The position numbers were made by a program, and so were the translations under genes. The notes under the pieces are model-generated. The model ran no database searches, was not told where the DNA came from, and saw only the letters and a program-made list of their open reading frames with translations. DNA of 63,974 nucleotides, filler included, from Reclinomonas americana ATCC 50394 (taxonomy: Eukaryota): NCBI GenBank assembly GCA_048213135.1. It is 11 parts of 11 records of this genome, joined end to end, with 100 filler letters (N's around TTAATTAATTAA, not from the genome) between each part and the next. Parts side by side here need not be neighbours in the genome. Positions count along the whole stretch, not along the records: positions 24,295 to 28,961 come from AFZH01019793.1; positions 29,062 to 37,527 come from AFZH01019794.1; positions 37,628 to 39,834 come from AFZH01019795.1; 8 more parts are not named here. One strand, written 5' to 3'. Shown one piece after another: positions 24,295-37,775 of the stretch. Numbering within the stretch: the first letter of the stretch is position 1; every line of letters starts with the position of its first letter.

Positions 24295-27200
24295 AGTCAC
24301 CGGGCCAGAGTGCCCGTAAAAGCGCGCCAAGTGGACAATCTTGCGGCCGACCTCGTCGTGTCTGTCCACACGCCACACACTCACGATACCGTCCACTCCA
24401 CCCGTGGCCAGGATCTTGCCGTCACTGGAAATGGCCGCACACAGCACCTGCGTCGGCGAAACAACAATGAGCACCTGGTGTGAGAGAGAGACAGTGGTTT
24501 CATGCGCACCTGCCCCTCATGCGCCGCCTCGTAGACCTCCAGCGTGCGCCCGTTCGCCACACGAATGAGGCGCAAACTGTTGTCCGGGAAGCCAAATGCC
24601 ACCAGCTTGTTGTACTTGGGTGGAATCATCACGGCGTTGGGACCGGCAAAGAACACCTTCTCCAGCGAGTTGATGCGCACTTCGTACACCGATTCGCCGG
24701 CCTTGCGCACTTCCTTGGGCGTCAGATGCTCGGGGTGAGTGTACACGTAGAACGGATCGGCCGAGCTGCTGACTGTGCGCTGTGGGTGCGGCTTGGTGAA
24801 GAGTTGCTGCGGCGTCTGACCAAAGTTGTTGATCTGCGCAATCACGGCCGCACGATCCTTCGGGTCGGTGATCTGGTCAATGTCCACAGCGCCCTCGTAC
24901 GTCAAAAAGTAGAACACATTCTGCGCTGCCTCGGCCGCGGGACCGCGCTGCAGGAAAGAGAGGAATGAGTGAGCACATCGATGGAAGTGGGGGCCAACGA
25001 CCAAGTTCCTCTCATACCTGCTTGTAGCCAAAGATGAGATCGATCCAGTGGTGCAAGTTCTTGCTGACGTACTCGCTCTCCAGCGCCTGCCGGTGCTTGA
25101 TAATGAACTCGCGCGGTGAGTTGTGTGCCCACGGCGGCAGCAGCACCGAGTCGACAAAGACACCGGATGAGCGCTCGCCCATGTCGAAGCCGTTCATGTT
25201 GTCCAGGAAGTCGGGCAGGTAGAAGAACTCGGGAATCAGCTCCTTCACGTCCGTCATACTCAGCTCCGACGCCGACAGCCACGAGTCGGCGAGCGAGTGG
25301 AAGATGCGGTCCGGCTGGTCGAAGCGGCCACTCTGCAGCTGCTGCGCGAGGGTCGCAAACGGCTCCAGGCGCACCAAGTAGTGCATCACCACACCGGCTG
25401 TCGAGTAGTGGCTGCCGTAGTGCCACTTGGGCACACCCGGCTCGTCCCACTCGGCGTAGCGCATCTTGAAGGCCTCAGCACGATCGGCACCAATGGCACC
25501 CATCGGCTTGGTCAGGTCGCGATACACGCTCGGGTCGTTAAGATTGAGCTCCTCGCTGTGGTAGTCCGACAGCACCCACGGGAACACCGGGTATTGCGTG
25601 AGGTCGTTGTAGGTGCGGCCGGCCAGCGTGTTGAGGAACATGAGGTACTGGAAGTTGGAGATTTCGCCGCGCTGCCACCGTTGCGTCGTCGTACGCAGCC
25701 ACATCTTCAAATGCCGAGCAAAGCTGCGCGCACGGTTGGTGGTCTGTGCGGCGCCACCGTCGGCCATCAGGAAGTTGCCGTAGTTGAGGTTTGGCAGCGG
25801 ACGCGACAAGATGAGGTCGTGCACTTCGTCGCGCTCCGACAAATGGAACAGCAGCAGGTACGTCCGACCGTCGGTGCAAAACAGCTCCAGACCGACGGGA
25901 CGCAGCAGGTAGCGCCGCTTGTGCAGCTCGCGAATCTCGTCGGCAGACCATCGACGCACGCGGTGCGACACAGTGCGTCCCGATCGATTGCGTGTGACCT
26001 CGCGCTCCACCTGGCGAGTTCGCACCGCAATGCTCTCGTGAGCCGTGCTGCTGGTGCTTTCGTTGATCTGCTCCTCCCACGACTTGGGCGCCGTCTCCGG
26101 TTCGTCGTTCAGCTGCACGGGGTGACAGCAAGTTAGACACAACAGCTCTTCAAAAAAAAAAATGAGTAAGGACTGCCGCACTCACCTCCACGACATCGCC
26201 GTTGGGGTTGACAAAATAATTGTCAATCACGTACAAGTGGTGCTCGCACACCATGAGCACGCCCTCGACCACCTCCTGACCCTGCACGCGTGCACAGTTG
26301 AAGATGGTGTTGGGGTCCACTCGGTCCAAGCGATCAATCAAGCGCGCCAACTGCTTGTGCCCATGCTCGTCGTCATCGTCGTCGTCTTCATCAGCTTCGC
26401 CACCCTCCTCGTTCTCCGCCTCGCTGCTACTCGCCACTTCCTCGATGACGGCCTCTGGAGGCGACAACATGGACGGCGAGGCCGACGACACCGAGCCCTC
26501 TCCCGCCGCCGACGCACCCGGCTCATCACCGAAATCGCCAGCGGCGTGGAAGTCCTCGGCCGTGCCAATCGCGGTCGAACGATCGCCCGTTGCAGACGGC
26601 GGCGCATCGTCGGCCATGAATGCCAGCGAAGTGCCGTCGGCAAGCGGGATGTTCCCCGACGGCAGTGGCGGCAGCAACGGCCGCTGGTGTTGGTGGTGGT
26701 ATTGCTCGAGCGGCGCACCTTGCAGCGGCGAGCCGCTCGACGATCCTGCGTCACCAGGGTGCTCACCGAGAGAGGCGGCCGCAGCCGCCGCACCAATCAC
26801 GCCGGCGAGGTCGGTCGACTCGAAGCTTTCCTCCAAGAAATGGTCGGCCGCACCGTCCACATCCAGTAGGCCATGACCACCCTCCTCGGGCGACGACATA
26901 TCGCCCGACTGCAGTGTCTTGGAGAGATCAATCGACAGCTGACGACGGCCCTTGGGCTTCAGACTGCGTCGCACAGATGCCGCGTTGGAACTCGAGCTGG
27001 TGGCATCTGGCGTGCGCGAGCCGCGCGCTGCCGGACCCACCAGAGCGGCGGTGGATGCTGGCGGCAGTGTCAGCGGTTCGGGTCGATTGATGCCCTCCAA
27101 CCGCGTGAACCGCTTGGACTTGCGTCGCGCCTGCTTCTCCGACTGCGACTGCAACCGCGCAACACACGCATACACACATACAATGTGAGCACCAACAAAA

Positions 27201-30200
27201 ACACACTTGAACGGGGGAAAAGCAATGGAGAGACAATGACGCACCACCAGCGGCGACGGAGAACGCATAGCACTTGGACCGCCGAGCTCGTTTCGGAGGG
27301 CCTCGACCGACGGCGACGCACCCTCGCGGTCGCTGTCGTCCGACCCACCCGAATCGGCGTCGAATACCAACACCGCGTCGTCTGCGGGATCTTCGTCAAC
27401 CCCTTCGGCACCCGCTTGCGCCGAGCGACCCTCGTAAAGCGCCACCAACTTGGCGCGCTGGGCTGACGTCAGCAGGAAATCGGGCGAGCCGGTGGACGAC
27501 TCGTGTTCGCCGCCCAACGACAACGGCAGAGGGCCAGCCGGCAGGGAGCTGGCGCGCGACAAGGGTGACCCCTGCTCGCTGGCAAAATCGGTCGGTGTAC
27601 TGACCGCTGGTGATCCGGCCTCCGGCGTCAAGGGACCCGTGGCGGACGGCATCACCGTCAGATGCAACGAGTCACTGCTGCCAGCAGCTGGCACCGCCAC
27701 CGACAACGGCGACGTGCCGTCCGACGGACCTTCGACACCGGCAGTGCGTGGTGGCGACCCGTTGGGTGAGTTACCAGAGTTGTCGCTGCCAGCAAACGGA
27801 GACACAGGACGGCTGCCACGGCGCAGGCTGGCCGCACTCGACGACTTCTCCGCCTTCATGCCGGCACGAGCCGCAGCCGCCGCAATTTCCGCCGCACTCG
27901 CTCCCTCCTCTTCGTCTTCGTCGGGATACGGTTCCAGCTTAAGGCGCATGCGATCAGGTCCTTCGGTGTAGTCCAACCGCCACCGACGAGCCTTGTTCGA
28001 CTTGTACTGCGATTGCAGCAAATATGCAATGTCAACAAACCACCATCACATTACACACGCGACAGACACCACAGACCTCCCAGGCAGCGCGAGGTCGCCT
28101 GATCTCCTGGCGCAACGTCTTCCACTGCTCCCACGCAAAGCGGTAGCGATCGTATGCCATACGACGCTGACGACGCTGCCGCTCCATTTCGTCCAGCAGC
28201 GAGGTCTGCAGCAGCGAGTCCTTGGCGCGCACAAACTCGGCCAAACGCGTGGCCCACGTCGTGTCGTGCAACGTGTGTCGCTTGCGCTTCTGTCGTTGCT
28301 GGTCCTCCATGCGCTTGGTGCTGTTCAACATCAACGACCGCTCGTGTTCCTGTCGCTGCGTCCAGAACGGCATCACCGTGTCCTTGAAAACGGCATCCAC
28401 CTGCGCCGTGTGCTCCCGGTACCACTCCCAGAAAATGAGAGGATCCGAGGCCAAAAAGTCCAGGCCGTCGTCAATGAGTGAGCGCTGCTCGCCACCGGCG
28501 GTCTTGTACACCAGCAGCTCACGCAGCTCCTGTCGCTTCATCTCAATCACGATCTTCCACGACTCTGCGGCGCCCTTTCGCAGCACCGGGTCACTGAGAT
28601 CCAGCAGTCGTCGCAGCTCGACGACAAGCGACGCAAGGAACGAGTCGTCGGCGTTGTTGCCGGAGAGCAGCTTGGTTGCGTACTCGCGCAAATACCCAAA
28701 GGCAGCAACCACCTGCGAGGAAAACAGAACAATATGAGCCAACACTGGCGAGAGAGCGGTGTGTCATCGACACGCAACTTCCTCGTTCCGGCCACCAGTG
28801 TCACTCTCAGAAAACACAAACGTGAAGAGGCGATTGAAGGCGCGGTACATGGCGATGAGCGCGCCCTGCAGACGACCGGTCGTGGCACCCAGTGTGCCGG
28901 CCACCGCGCGCAATGTTTTGGCGCGACGTGGCACTGTTTGTACAATCGACTCCAGCGTGGANNNNNNNNNNNNNNNNNNNNNNNNNNNNNNNNNNNNNNN
29001 NNNNNTTAATTAATTAANNNNNNNNNNNNNNNNNNNNNNNNNNNNNNNNNNNNNNNNNNNNGCGTGCAAGAACCCAAGTGTCAACACACCGAGCGAGCCA
29101 CCGACGAACGACGAGATAACTCGTGAGGCCGAGCGACCACATTGTTACGCGCAAAGAGGAGCTGCCACCAGGTCAGTATTTTGTTCACATCCAACGCCAT
29201 GACTGCGCGCCGCACTCACCTCCACCACCAACTCGAGGAATGCAGGTTTTCTGCACGCCGTCTTCACCTCCTCACTGTGCCGGAAGAGCCAGAGAACGAA
29301 TTGCACGAGCGTGGTGTTGAGGGAGCCGTAGCGGAGTGAGCGCAAGGTCGCCTCGTTGACAGCTCCGGTTCGGAGCGGGGGCTGCGGATCGCCTCCCTCC
29401 GGCGCCCACCCAAACACATCGTCATCGGGAGCCGGAGATGGTGAAAGCTCACTCGGACGCTGTGCGAGGGACGAGCCGAACAGAGTGGTGGCGAAGATGG
29501 AGGACGGCGGCGAGCCGGGCGACAGCATTCCCAAGTCCGCGCGTTTGGTTCTGTGACGCAAACACCACAATGAGCGTCCCGTCTCAGCTGCGAACGCAAG
29601 CTCCACCGACGCAACAGCAGAGAGCGCAAGGCAAACACCGCTGCGACCACATTTCGGAGCAGTGCCCAGCGTCGGCTAACTGGCCGAGGGACCACCATTT
29701 TCTTGGCCTCCTGCACCGCAAGTGAGGAACGGCAAAACACAAGCGTAATTCTGTTGTCTCGCACCTTTCTGGCGGCCGCGTCCACGTCCTCAAAGTATCT
29801 GCGCGTGTTGATCGGCGGCCACAAGAAACTGTGGTGGTCCGTGGTGCAGTGGCTGCGCAGAACTTGCAGAAGGGTGCTGAGTGCCTCGCGGCAATACACG
29901 CGGTTGTGCTGACCCTGTCCAAAACAAAGCAAACGCGTCAGCGTCATCTGTGCATCCACGCGAAAAGGCATGCATGCATGCGCGTGCCCGCAACATCAAA
30001 GTCCTCCACCAGGTCCTCCAAGGTCAGCTGCCGATGATCGGCCGTCTTTCGTGTGTCATGACCCAGCGCCAAGCAGAACAGCGTGTGGTAAATTTCGTCC
30101 TGGTTGGCAAACGTCTCCAGGGCGTCGGCCAGAATGTCAAAGCTGCCGCCCATCTCCATCTATTCAGTCACGAACTCCAGCACTCTACATCACTACACAG

Positions 30201-33200
30201 CGACGCACCCAAACACGTTGCGGAACGAGGTCAGGTACGAAGGTTGGTGGATCATGAGCTCCGTGAGAATGCGGAACGTCAGCGACACGGACACGGGGTG
30301 CAGCCGCTTGTCGATCAGCAAGAAGAACCACGACGGTTCCGCCGTCTGTCGCACGTCCCACCACCACTATCAGCATTTTTGTTAAAAACCAGCGGAGAAT
30401 GTACAAACGCAACATGCGCGAGGGCCGGCAAGATGCGATCACGCTCCGGACCGTGGACCAAGTTGAGCAGCATTTGGAGCACCAGATTGCGGATAATGTC
30501 AGTGTGTGTCTGCACAAAATCTGTAGACACGGGGAGCGCGCGTGTGTGTCAGCACATTGAACACCGGAAGGACATTAAACTATGGTGCCACACGCAACGA
30601 GATCGGACGGCCATGGACGGGCGCCTCCGCACACTGGTCGACGATACAACTGCAGTGTCCAGTGCATACACGTGAGTGACAACGACCGTCGACGAATGAA
30701 AATGCTCCAACTCACCTCTGGCCACCACATCCTCGTTGCCGGCGGCCGAGCTCGACACGGTGGTCAACAAGAAATTCCACACCGCCTGCCAGACAGGAAA
30801 TGGCGAGAAAGGATGAGTGCACTTGAAATGATGATGAGGGAGAATGGCAGTGACATCACAAACCTCCACGTCGTCGTTGGCCAAATTACGACTCAGCACG
30901 GCCTGCAAGACGGCAATGGCGTGCTGTGCGAGCTCAATCGTGACTCCCGAACTGAGCACGCTCAGCACGTGCTCCACAATGCCTACACGATGCATATCGC
31001 GCATCAGTCAGCACAAAAAATGATAACACCACCACAACAACAGCAACAACAAAACGGGTGGTAGAACGCAACGCTGTCGACGCAAGCGCACAGCATTGAT
31101 GGTGCCAAACGGGCTTCGCATCACCATGGCTAGCACACGATCGTACAGATGGCACTGGAATTCGGGACTCGTCAACTTCCACAGGGAGCTGTCCAGCAGC
31201 AGGTAGCGCACGGCGTACATGTTGCCGACGATCTGAGCAGACACAGACATGCAAATTCAGCGGCAAGAAACATGAACAGCGGCGTCTCTCATTGTCCCCG
31301 CACCTCACGCCGCCGTTCAGTGACGCCGAGGACCAAGCGGAAAATCTTGGTCAACGTGTTCTCGGTGAACAGGTAACTCTGCTTGCGCAACAGGTTGCCG
31401 AGAATCTCGTAGCCGTGCATGCGGGCAAACTCGTCGGCGTTGCTGTACGACGAGTCGAGCAGGTTGCACAAGAAGCCGAGAGCCAGATCCAATGCCTCAC
31501 GCGTCTGCGCCGATCACCGTGTTAGGCAGGCCAACAAGGGGCGCACACAGATCGCACCGCAACACGATCTCACCTTGGCTCGATCGACAAAGTACAGCGA
31601 CGCAATCAGGCCGTGCGCGGTGCGCACCAACATGGACAACGACACAGCGGAGCAGATGTGTGCACGGCCCTCCAGCAAAGCTTGGAGCTGGGGCGGCTGA
31701 GCCGACGCCATGTTCATCAAGAACGACTGGAGGCCCTCACTGACTCAAAAAAAAGAGAATCAGCGAACCGAACAGAGTAAAGGCGAGGCAGTAGGCGAAT
31801 CAAACCGTGAAGAGCCAGCAGCGCGCTCATCCTGCCGAGTACCCACGTAGCGGCTGTTGAAGGCAAAGATGATCTTCTCCGGTGGCACCAACGGCCTCGC
31901 CACCGCCATCATCTGGTGGAACGAAGTGGCAAAGTGCGACTGCTCACTGCCGAGCTCCATGTGTTGCGCGAGCTCCAGCATGCCCGGTGTGAGAATCGGG
32001 TCGACGGCACTCGGTGTCTCCTCCAGTCGGCCTTGCAGGTAGCCGACGTACCGTGGTCCAGCCGCGTACACCGAGGCAACATTGGCGCCCGACAGGCAGT
32101 CTTCTAGCAGCAGACACGGGCCGAACTTGCACGAGACATCCATGTGAGCACGCCCGACGGACTTGCGCAGAGCTGTCGAGCGTCGCGGTGAGACCAAGCA
32201 GAGGAAAAGCGGCAAAACCCCCTACAGCGACACCACTTACCAATGTACGCCGAGAGAGCGGAATTGGAGGACGCCGGGTACGTGACCTTGCCAGTGGCCA
32301 CAAACTGCCCGTCCAGATACAGGGTGACCACTGAGCTCTGAATGCGGTTGTATGCGTGCGTCAACGCCACGTGGTGCCACGTGTTCTCCTCCAGCGACAA
32401 CCCCGGGAAGCGGTGAGCTTCCTGTCGCACGTTTGTCATAATGTCGATGTGGCCACTGGGCGAGAGCGCCACCTGCACGACGACGACAACAACAATCAGT
32501 GGCAAAGAAAAACATTGACAACACGCACGCACACACAGACAGACCTCGAGATACGAACGCCCGTCGTTGGAGAAGAGCCTCAACAGCACCACATTCTGGA
32601 ACGGATCCTGCACCGTGGTGGCCACAGGGCTCGTTGCCGAGCGGTCGCCACTGCACGCACAAGCGAGTGAGTAACCAGGTCGTCAGCACTCACTGAGGGT
32701 CTCACGAAACTCGGTTACGGATTGATTGAAGCGGTGCGAGTACGACACCCAACACGTGTAAGTGTAGCCATTCTTGGGTGGCCACACTCGGCTGCCGAGA
32801 TCGGGAATCAGAAGCCAGTCCTTTGGCTCCAGCTAGTAAAAATAGATAATTCGTCAAGTCAGCACACACATCGTCCACGATTGGAAAAACAGGTGGCGCG
32901 CGCGCAACATTGACAAACGAGGTGCCGTCATTGTCGTCGCCAATGCTGACGAGTGTGCGCAGCAGCTCGATCGAGTGAGCGTCGTCCTTCATCAGCGCGA
33001 GGTACTTCTTGAAGCCAGAAATCGAGAACGAGTGCGAGCCGATCAGCTGAATGAGACGCAGCACGTCGCGCGCCACGTCGCTCTCCGCCACCTTGAGTGC
33101 TTCGGCAAAGACAAACACGAGGAAGTCGACCATGCCCACACGAGCAAACATGTGCAAGTTCCAGCGGTTGTTGGCCAGCAGCAAAAACACCTGCACAAGG

Positions 33201-36200
33201 CGATGCTTCATCGCCTCGTCTTGCTCTTGCATGATCTTCAGGAAGAGTCGCAGAGTGCCCTCGTTGCGCACTGCAGAGCAAAGGAACAGGCACGGATCAG
33301 TGACGATACCGGCACATGTTCTCCTTTTTCCTGCACCAGAAACGCACCTTCATGATCGTCGGCAAGCTTGAAGCCGGCGACCGTGGCAAACGCCGTCGAT
33401 ACATCTTGATCGAGGACCATGTCGAGGAGCGCCTGGATGGCGTGATCACGACGCGACGTGCTAAAGAGGCACGTGCACGACACGGCATCGGCAAAGGCCG
33501 ATTCGCCTTGCGCACGAAAACGGAAAATTGAGCAGGTGGAGCACAGAGAGCAGTCAGAGAAACCACGCAACTCGTCTCCAGGTACATCTGATTGCGCATG
33601 TGACCCGACAGTGCAGCTCCGAGACACCGCGCTAACGACGCAAACATCTCCACCGCCTGGTCCAGCACCACGTCATCGCTGTTGGCAATGGCCTGTGAGA
33701 CCACACTGGAGAGGCTCATGATGCTGGTCAGCGCGGCCGCAAAGCCCTCTGCGTTCGACGGTCAACCAACTGTCGCACATACTGTCGCCTCTCTCGCAAG
33801 AGACACACGAACCGTGTTCCCTGAACGCGTCCTTGATGTTCGGGTTGGCGACAATCATCTTTCGCACACCCAAAAACACGTCACGCTTCAGTGTCAGATC
33901 CTGGTTCATCTGCAACTGCTCAATGAGCTGCACAATGTCCGTTTGCTCCAGCTGCTCATTGTCGGCCATGAGCTTGGACAAGACGCGCAGACAGTTTGGT
34001 CGGAACTGTAGAGAACGTGTGCGTCAGTGCAGTGTGCAACAGATGGATTCGGCGTAACTCAATGGCGGAACACACCTGCGGGTACTTGAGCAACCCCGAC
34101 ACCACGGTCACGCCTCCGACTTCACGGAAGGCCTTGCCAATGTCGGGCGCAAACTCAATCATGGTCGCCAGCATGTCGAGCATCAGTGGCACCTGCACGC
34201 AAGGTACGAATCAGCCATGCTCAATAGGCACCACCACCACCCGGACGTGAACAGGGAGGGAACACACACCACTGAGGCGTGTGCCACTGGCCGCTCGCTC
34301 ATGTCGGCAGTTGGTCGCTGCTGCTGGTCGTCGTAGCCACGCAGCAGTGTCAGCGTCACCTCAATGAGACCGGCGTCGCGTAGCACAAAGCGGAAATGAT
34401 CGTCAAAGTTGAGCAGCTTGAGGAAGGTGTTGAAGACGCGTGCACTCAGAGTCGACGAAATGGGGACTACGTGCACGCACGCGTGTGATGAGCAACGACG
34501 ACAAGGGAAATGCGGACAACAGAAACAGACGGGCACGCACCCATAAAGAGGAGCAGCATGGTGCTGAGTTCCTCCTCGGGTACGAAATTGAGACCCGTGA
34601 CAATGTACTCGACAATCTTGATCACCGACATCTGCGCCACCCGCGAGAGCGTCAGCATGCACTCAAACAGTCACGCCACACATGATCACGAAAAAACATG
34701 CAGACCTGCACTTGATCGTGGAACCGGTTCAAGTCACGGATAATCAGCGTCAGCACGTGCAGATGGTGCACGATAAAGTAGTTCCAGCCGTTCGAGGCGA
34801 ACAGGTGAATCATCTTTTCCAGAATCAGCGTCTGTGTCTCCATCTTTTTCGACTCCATGAACAGGCTGCACAGTGTCTGGAAGCCCTCCAGACTCCGAAT
34901 GCGCTCTGGCACACACACACACAAGACGCAAGTGTCACACAAGGTTGCAGCAGCACAACCGCTTCACAAGCTGCACACTACCTCCACCAGCCGAGATGAA
35001 TGCCGTGCTGTCGACCGTCATACTCGGATCGAGTTCGCTCTCGCCAAAGAACGACAACTCCACCGCCTGGTCCAAGAACGAATTCTGTGCGCACGAGCCA
35101 CACCAACACTCGTGAGCGGCCTGCGCAAAGAGTGGGAGAATGCTCGCCCGCCTCACCATGATGCGGAAACCATCGCTCTCCGGATCGTCCAGCTGCAAGT
35201 CATTCTCCAGTCGCAAAATGAGACGCTTCACCACATTGAATCCGTCCTTGTTGAGGAACTCGTTGAGCAGCGATGAATTGATGCGAATCGTGCCCTGCCG
35301 GCAGACGAACGTATTCAGGACGCACTCATGCACACACACGCCTCCACATACACGAGTGAGGGAACGCACCCTGACGACGCCAATCAGGGCCTGCAGCGCA
35401 TACAAGGCGTTCTCCCAGTTGGCACGCGCTTGGTCGACACGAGTCAAGAACACCTCCACAAACGACTGCGCATCACCGCGGCGCGTGAGTCACAGCCAGG
35501 AGCCGTAGCAACAACAATAATAACAAGGCGCGGAGAACCTTGCGGCGAATCGCATCGACCACATTCGGTTGCATCATACGACTGCGCCCGACGGCGACCA
35601 ACACGCGCGACGCGGCACCAGCCGAGTGGGTCGATGACTTCTTCTCTGACGACAGAAACACCTGCCACAGGCCCGAGATGCTGTCGTGTCGCGAGAGGTC
35701 TTGGAAAATCGACGGCACCGAGAGCGACTGTGTGAGGATGGTTTCCGTCTCCTGCACAATGAGTGCCACCTGCGTGCTCGGATCTGTGTGCGTGCGTGTG
35801 AGCATGCCCATCTGCACCACTCAGAGTGGACGAGACGCACCGGGGAATCGACTAGAGGCACACGCGGCGACCAAGTCACCGGGCAACACCAGCATCGTGC
35901 GCAGCAAGGTGACGAGCACCGACGGCACGTGATTGTCGACCAACTCCTTCAACAGACGCATATCACGCGACAGCACCACCATCGTGGACAGCAGCAGGCT
36001 GCCGACACCATCGGAGCCCAACAACCAGCTGACCATAGCCAGCTGCGATTGCGGCGACTCGGCATGCGACCCGATTCGACTCTCCACCTCGCGCGTGAAT
36101 CGTGTGGCGCACGTGGTGGCGAATTGCACTCCGTCTCCAAAGCTACGCGCAGAAGATGAGTCTGTGTGTACGTCACACACAGACAGGCATGAGAGGACGC

Positions 36201-36686
36201 AACATGTACAGAAACGTGCGATCGCTACACGAGCGACACACACTGGGGAACAAGTCGAGAATCTCCAGCAACTTCTTGGCACGATCCTGCGTGACCACTG
36301 GGTGATGAGCGAGAGCGAGAAAGACAGAGAGACAGAGAGTGAGAGAGCGCATGGAACGCGACTTTGCTGTTGGCAGGCAGCCGACTGGTCTCCGCCCACA
36401 GCTCACGTAATCTGTACTCATTCCTGTGACAAGTGCATCAGGCTCAATTCCACACGACCTCGCCGCGAAAGCAAGCAGCAACAACAAAACAAGACAGGCG
36501 CACAGAGAGGGAGAGGGAAACACACGCACGCACACGCACACATGAGACCAGAGAGAAAGCAAAAGAGTGCGTCATTGCGCGCCATCTCACTCTCTCTTTC
36601 TCGCTGTCACGCAACTCTGCTGCAACAGTGGAGCCGGGCGCAGCAGCACCGCCACTGCTCGACGACGCAGTGTTGCGACGACTCAT
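24295..36686 (-). CDS. BEACH-domain protein, LvsA/WDFY3(ALFY)-like: ARM-like region, ConA/LamG, PH, BEACH, WD40; spans the spacer at 28962-29061; 3' end lost at the 24195-24294 spacer
   Basis: WPPKNGYTYTCW and WHHVALTH (ConA-like); RWRLDYTEGPDRMRLKL; HKRRYLLRPVGLELF (PH); WQRGEISNFQYLMFLNTLAGRTYNDLTQYPVFPWV, HYGSHYS, DVKELIPEFFY, LHHWIDLIFGYKQ, NFGQTP (BEACH); WD40 SSDGKILATGG. Start ATG 36686 inferred. Confidence 0.93.
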
Positions 36687-36789
36687 GAGAGCTCACACAC
36701 ACAAAGATAGATAGTGTGTTTTTCGCGCCAGCGAGCCACTGTCCTCAATAGTCCTCCTCTCACAAAACAACGCTTTTTTTGCCTCTCTC

Positions 36790-37472
36790 ATGCGCGTTGC
36801 CTTTGTTGCTGCTCTGCTTGTGGTGAGCGTGTTGGCGCTGGGAGCCACCGGTGTGCGGCTGCGCGGAACTGCCCAAAAGTGGGGCGTGCGCGACGATGTT
36901 GCGTTCTCTCACACTCACACACACAAAGTTCCTCCGACTGACTCTCTCTCTCTCTCAGTCGTCGTGGGATTATATGATCCTGGTGGACCGGTATGCGCCG
37001 ACCGTGTGCCTCACTGCCAACTATCAGCTGCCGAGCAACTCGACGTGAGTATGTGAAAGAGATGCTTTTTTTGTGCACAAGTGCATCAGTGGCTCATGCA
37101 CCTCGCGCAGAACATTCAACTTGCATGGTATACTTGCTCGCGCGTGCGTTGTGCTCTGTCTGCTGTTGCTCACTATGTGTGCGCGTGCAAGGTCTGTGGC
37201 CGAACCGCAATGATGGGTCATAGTTGCGCGCAACTCCCCTCTCTCTCTCTCTCATCTTGCACACACTGACTCTTCTTGCACAGCCCGTCCTTCTGCAACA
37301 AGGACTACCCGTTCAACTACTCGGAGGTTGACCTCTTCTTTGTGCCTCTGGGGGGGTCGTTCGCAGGGTTGGCTGAGAATCTTTGCATCTCTCTGCTGCA
37401 TAGATTGCCGGCATTTACAACCAGCTGCTGGCCGAGTGGTCCAACCTGCAAAACACTGGCACTGCTGGTGAC
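36790..37472 (+). CDS. Secreted ribonuclease T2 family protein (3'-truncated by spacer)
   Basis: Signal peptide MRVAFVAALLVVSVLALG; spliced WDYMILV...PTVC and FNLHGLWPNRNDGSYPSFC (CAS I motif HGLWP), then LLAEW. Confidence 0.85.
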
Positions 37473-37650
37473 GTAACTGTTAAATGCCATGCTGTTGTGA
37501 GAGGAAGCTCATGACTTGTTCTGTGCGNNNNNNNNNNNNNNNNNNNNNNNNNNNNNNNNNNNNNNNNNNNNTTAATTAATTAANNNNNNNNNNNNNNNNN
37601 NNNNNNNNNNNNNNNNNNNNNNNNNNNTACCGTACTACCGTACGTACGAC

Positions 37651-37651
<1 letters not shown>

Positions 37652-37739
<88 letters not shown>
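37652..37739. repeat. (CA)n microsatellite at contig end
   Basis: Perfect dinucleotide run. Confidence 0.95.
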
Positions 37740-37743
<4 letters not shown>

Positions 37744-37775
37744 TCACTCACCTCTCTCGCACACACACTGATCAG

